NCBI GenBank assembly: GCA_964530635.1
Contig: CAZGYI010000001.1
Coordinates: 1 to 35,201 of the forward strand
DNA from: an uncultured Gammaproteobacteria bacterium
GTDB taxonomy: Bacteria; Patescibacteriota; Patescibacteriia; Veblenbacterales; UBA10138
Direction of reading: 5' to 3'
Length of the DNA stretch: 35,201 nt
In this document: one piece after another, positions 32,323-35,201 of the stretch
Layout of the letters: each line of letters starts with the position of its first letter
Position numbering within the stretch: the first letter of the stretch is position 1
Position numbers and translations under genes: made by a program
Notes under the pieces: model-generated
The model's input: the letters and a program-made list of their open reading frames with translations, nothing else
The model's database searches: none
Told to the model about the DNA's origin: nothing

Positions 32323-33168
32323 TTACTTGACAATAGCTTGTTCGGTAAATAAAACATAATCAGCAAAACCATAAATTGGTAGCTGGCTGGGTATATTAGT
32401 TTGTAGCACCTGCCTAACATTTTTCTTTTGGCTGCGGCTTTTTACATCTAAATAATGGGAGAACTTTTTATTTTGATCAGGTACAATTCTTAAATTAACG
32501 ATATGATTATTAAGCGCCTTAAATCTCACTTGATAGGTATGAGTCTTACTTAAAAAAGAACCCGCAGTAGAAAATGAGACTGGCGAACCCTGATCATTAT
32601 CCAAACAAACACCAGCCGGGTTAACAAAAATACAAGCATAAGGCAAGCCAGAATGGGGTTTTTTAACTTCAAAACCGCTGGCGGTTTTATTAATAAAAGT
32701 GATTTCTAAAAACGAATCTATCAAATCAGAAGCTTCCGACCAATAAACCTCCAAATTATCAATATTATCTACATTGGGTTCAAAATCCAACTGAAAAGTT
32801 TCATCTTTTTTTAACAAAGGAATAACCACTTGGCTGCTAGGATTAATATTAATCTCACACTGCGCGCTATATAAACAACTGATATAAGTTATTCCACCAC
32901 TACATCCTCCTCCTGGACAATTACTGGTTTGACGGACATCATATAAAGTTTGTTCCAAACCGCTTTCCGCGTCAGTATAAGCCACTAAAGCATTATCAAT
33001 ACTGGAAGCTTGCCTTAATTCACTAATCACCAATACCGCCACAGTTAAACCGCCAACAATTCCTCCGGCTAATAACAATAAAGCCAACAATAAAACATTA
33101 CCGCGACGTTTAATAGTAAAACTTAAAGCCGAGCTATTTAGTATTTTATTGTTTAATTTATCTAACAT
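32323..33168 (-). CDS. PilX-like minor pilin or pilus-associated protein
   Basis: RRGNVLLLALLLLAGGIVGGLTVAVLVISELRQA...AYTDAESGLEQ resembles the PilX N-terminal domain. The start is uncertain (33219 in the track; ATG 33168). It overlaps the upstream gene. Confidence 0.6.
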   Translation of the reverse strand: MLDKLNNKILNSSALSFTIKRRGNVLLLALLLLAGGIVGGLTVAVLVISELRQASSIDNALVAYTDAESGLEQTLYDVRQTSNCPGGGCSGGITYISCLYSAQCEININPSSQVVIPLLKKDETFQLDFEPNVDNIDNLEVYWSEASDLIDSFLEITFINKTASGFEVKKPHSGLPYACIFVNPAGVCLDNDQGSPVSFSTAGSFLSKTHTYQVRFKALNNHIVNLRIVPDQNKKFSHYLDVKSRSQKKNVRQVLQTNIPSQLPIYGFADYVLFTEQAIVK

Positions 33169-33760
33169 AAGCGCGGGAAGTAACAGTTGTTTGTAAATAA
33201 ATTGGTTTCTGGTCCTCAATTTTGATGTTAGTGCTGCTAGCCATTAAAACAATGGTTACCTGCGGCTGAATATCTGGCGTAGTCGTGGTTACATTTTCCG
33301 GAAAAGGATCTTCTAAGGGGGTAATATAAAATTTTAAAGTATCAATACTTAATTTAGGCGAAGAAACAACACTTTCCCCACCACCACCGCGTTCAATAGT
33401 AACACAAGCCACAGCAACATTTGAACCAGGGCATTGATTATGATGTCTGAATGCCACTGGAACGCCCTGACTAGTAATTAAATACAATTCGTTTACCTCA
33501 TCATCAACTGGAATTTTGTCATCAGTATAAGCATCATAATCAATTAAATCCGACCTAATTTCCCGCGCCATTACTTCCAGTAAATAGCGGGCATCAGTAT
33601 AAGCCACTTGGGTATCGCGTATTTTTTGCTGGGCTTTCTGTACATTAACAAAAATTTCCGCAATCAAAATAGAAGCCAAAGTAAAAATAAACATCACTAT
33701 TACCACTTCCATTAAAGTAAAGCCGCGACGGGAAATCAATTTTGAAAAAAAATTATTCAT
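33158..33760 (-). CDS. Type IV pilin-like or pseudopilin protein
   Basis: Prepilin motif RRG-FTLMEVVIVMFIF with Glu at +5. ATG 33760 is preferred over TTG 33775. Confidence 0.75.
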   Translation of the reverse strand: MNNFFSKLISRRGFTLMEVVIVMFIFTLASILIAEIFVNVQKAQQKIRDTQVAYTDARYLLEVMAREIRSDLIDYDAYTDDKIPVDDEVNELYLITSQGVPVAFRHHNQCPGSNVAVACVTIERGGGGESVVSSPKLSIDTLKFYITPLEDPFPENVTTTTPDIQPQVTIVLMASSTNIKIEDQKPIYLQTTVTSRAYVR

Positions 33761-33876
33761 TTTAAGTAATCTCAAAAGTTAAAAGTCAAAACGCAAAATT
33801 ACAAAGCAAAATTCAAAACTTTTAAGTTTTAAATTATGGTTTTGACTTTTGAGATTTGAATTTTGAATTAACATAA

Positions 33877-34536
33877 TTAGCGCCAATTATATAAATATTC
33901 TTCCACGCTCAACTGCCTTTTACTAACGCCGCCAAAAATACCAGACGCTTGCCAAGCAACCTGTACTTGAATCCGAATGCCAATTTTAGTATCGCTAGCG
34001 CCGCAATCAATCTCCCCCGCTTGTACCCCTGATGTTGCGCAAATTGGATCTAATAAAATCATTCTCTGAAAACCGGTCGCAGGAAAACCCGGCATGCCTT
34101 GATACCATTCGTGGGTAGTGCCGTCACGATACAATTTAAACTCCTGACTATTAACATCTCTACTAGCTACAAAATCAATTGTAAACTCAACTGGCGTATC
34201 CGGCGCTGAGCTGGGCAAGGTTAAAATTGCTCTAGCTCCTTGATTAACGGCGCTGGGCACCAAACCATCGTCCCAAAAAGTAGCGGGGGCAGAGTTTGCC
34301 GCTTTAAGCCAATTACTGTCTCTGATTCCCCGCGCCACATCTATGGCCTCCCGCGCTAAATTAGCCGCCACGATTCTCTGGCCGCTATCAGCTACCGCTG
34401 AAATATTTTTTAAAGTCAAAGCCAGCACCGCTCCTAAACCCATTAAAATCAAACCAATGGCCAACATTGCTTCCAATAAACCCTGACCCGCTGGAGTTTG
34501 GGCTAAAATCTTTCGCTGGCTATAGAAATTATTCAT
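33877..34536 (-). CDS. PilV-like minor pilin
   Basis: G-QGLLEAMLAIGLILMGLGAVLAL (Glu at +5), then ANLAREAIDVARGIRD. The ATG overlaps the upstream stop within ATGAATAA. Confidence 0.65.
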   Translation of the reverse strand: MNNFYSQRKILAQTPAGQGLLEAMLAIGLILMGLGAVLALTLKNISAVADSGQRIVAANLAREAIDVARGIRDSNWLKAANSAPATFWDDGLVPSAVNQGARAILTLPSSAPDTPVEFTIDFVASRDVNSQEFKLYRDGTTHEWYQGMPGFPATGFQRMILLDPICATSGVQAGEIDCGASDTKIGIRIQVQVAWQASGIFGGVSKRQLSVEEYLYNWR

Positions 34537-35107
34537 AATATGATTGGCCAGTTAACCTATTTAATTTTACCGTAATTTCCCTTTCAGTTCTACTATGCTT
34601 TAACTTAATTTCCACCAAATTAGTAGTATCATTAGTATTAATAATAACCACTTCGCTCAAAGGCGAAAAAACAATATTTAAAGTCGCAGCAGCAGGCACC
34701 ATGCTTTCTATAGAAACATTAGCTGGCAAAGAAACGGTTTTCAACAATAAATCATCAGTAGCGTCATAAGTATATTTAGTTGAATAGACATCGCCGCAAT
34801 CAGCAAAGGCGATAATAGAGAGTGGCGCATTGGTGATTCGCACGCCATAGCCATCAGGAGGTTCGCTAGGTTCGGGCTGCGACGAATCACATTTGACTGT
34901 TTCGCCAGAATTGGTTTTAGTTTGCATTTCCCGCAAAGTGGTTTCAATCGCTTCAGCGCCGCCAATTAATTCATCACGATATTGCCCGCTGCGAAAATTG
35001 ACAATTACCATGGCGGTAATCAGCACAAAAATCGCAACAGAAATTACCAGCTCCATCATGGTAAAACCGTTTGGCTTATGATGATTATTAATACAAAAAA
35101 TTTTCAT
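34529..35107 (-). CDS. Type IV pilin-like or pseudopilin protein
   Basis: Prepilin motif NG-FTMMELVISVAIFVLITAMVIV. 192 aa, ATG start. Confidence 0.75.
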   Translation of the reverse strand: MKIFCINNHHKPNGFTMMELVISVAIFVLITAMVIVNFRSGQYRDELIGGAEAIETTLREMQTKTNSGETVKCDSSQPEPSEPPDGYGVRITNAPLSIIAFADCGDVYSTKYTYDATDDLLLKTVSLPANVSIESMVPAAATLNIVFSPLSEVVIINTNDTTNLVEIKLKHSRTEREITVKLNRLTGQSYYE

Positions 35108-35201
35108 AAAAAATCTGAAATTCCGACATTAAACATAATTAAATGCAAAATGCAAAAATCAAAATGAAAATCTTATAAGAGTTAAAATACTAGAGCCCAG
35201 C

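Overview
AT-rich, gene-dense bacterial segment. The gene content suggests a small CPR/Patescibacteria-type genome: TM-anchored orphan proteins, type IV pilin-like genes and short AT-rich intergenic regions. That placement is inference only. All analysis was by hand, with no database search or folding program.

Housekeeping genes sit mostly on the minus strand: recO, ileS, argS, rplT, rpmI, infC, tmRNA (ssrA) next to smpB, lgt, gatA, gatC and ligA. One tRNA-Asp(GUC) lies on the plus strand.

Accessory content:
- an envelope thiol-redox cluster of three DsbA-like proteins plus CcdA plus DedA
- four pilin/pseudopilin-like genes at the right edge
- a run of small secreted/membrane protein genes on the plus strand (19.9-23.3 kb)
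- a more G+C-rich membrane coiled-coil gene (12.2-13.2 kb)
- a three-gene orphan operon (13.2-19.0 kb) encoding 727-, 101- and 1094-aa proteins that I cannot assign

Most unusual observations:
1. The tRNA-Asp gene sits where the anticodon loop would be in a larger tRNA-Asp-like cloverleaf. That outer structure keeps acceptor, D and anticodon stems through compensatory changes and ends in an encoded GCCA.
2. Several families of short GC-rich, hairpin-rich modules occupy intergenic DNA. Filled-versus-empty site pairs are visible inside this window, including one insertion exactly at the -35 box of argS.
3. Near-identical promoter-leader modules are shared by unrelated genes (ileS/argS, and two hypothetical genes).
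4. One DsbA-like protein has domain segments in circularly permuted order.

No CRISPR array, rRNA, transposase or integrase gene was seen.
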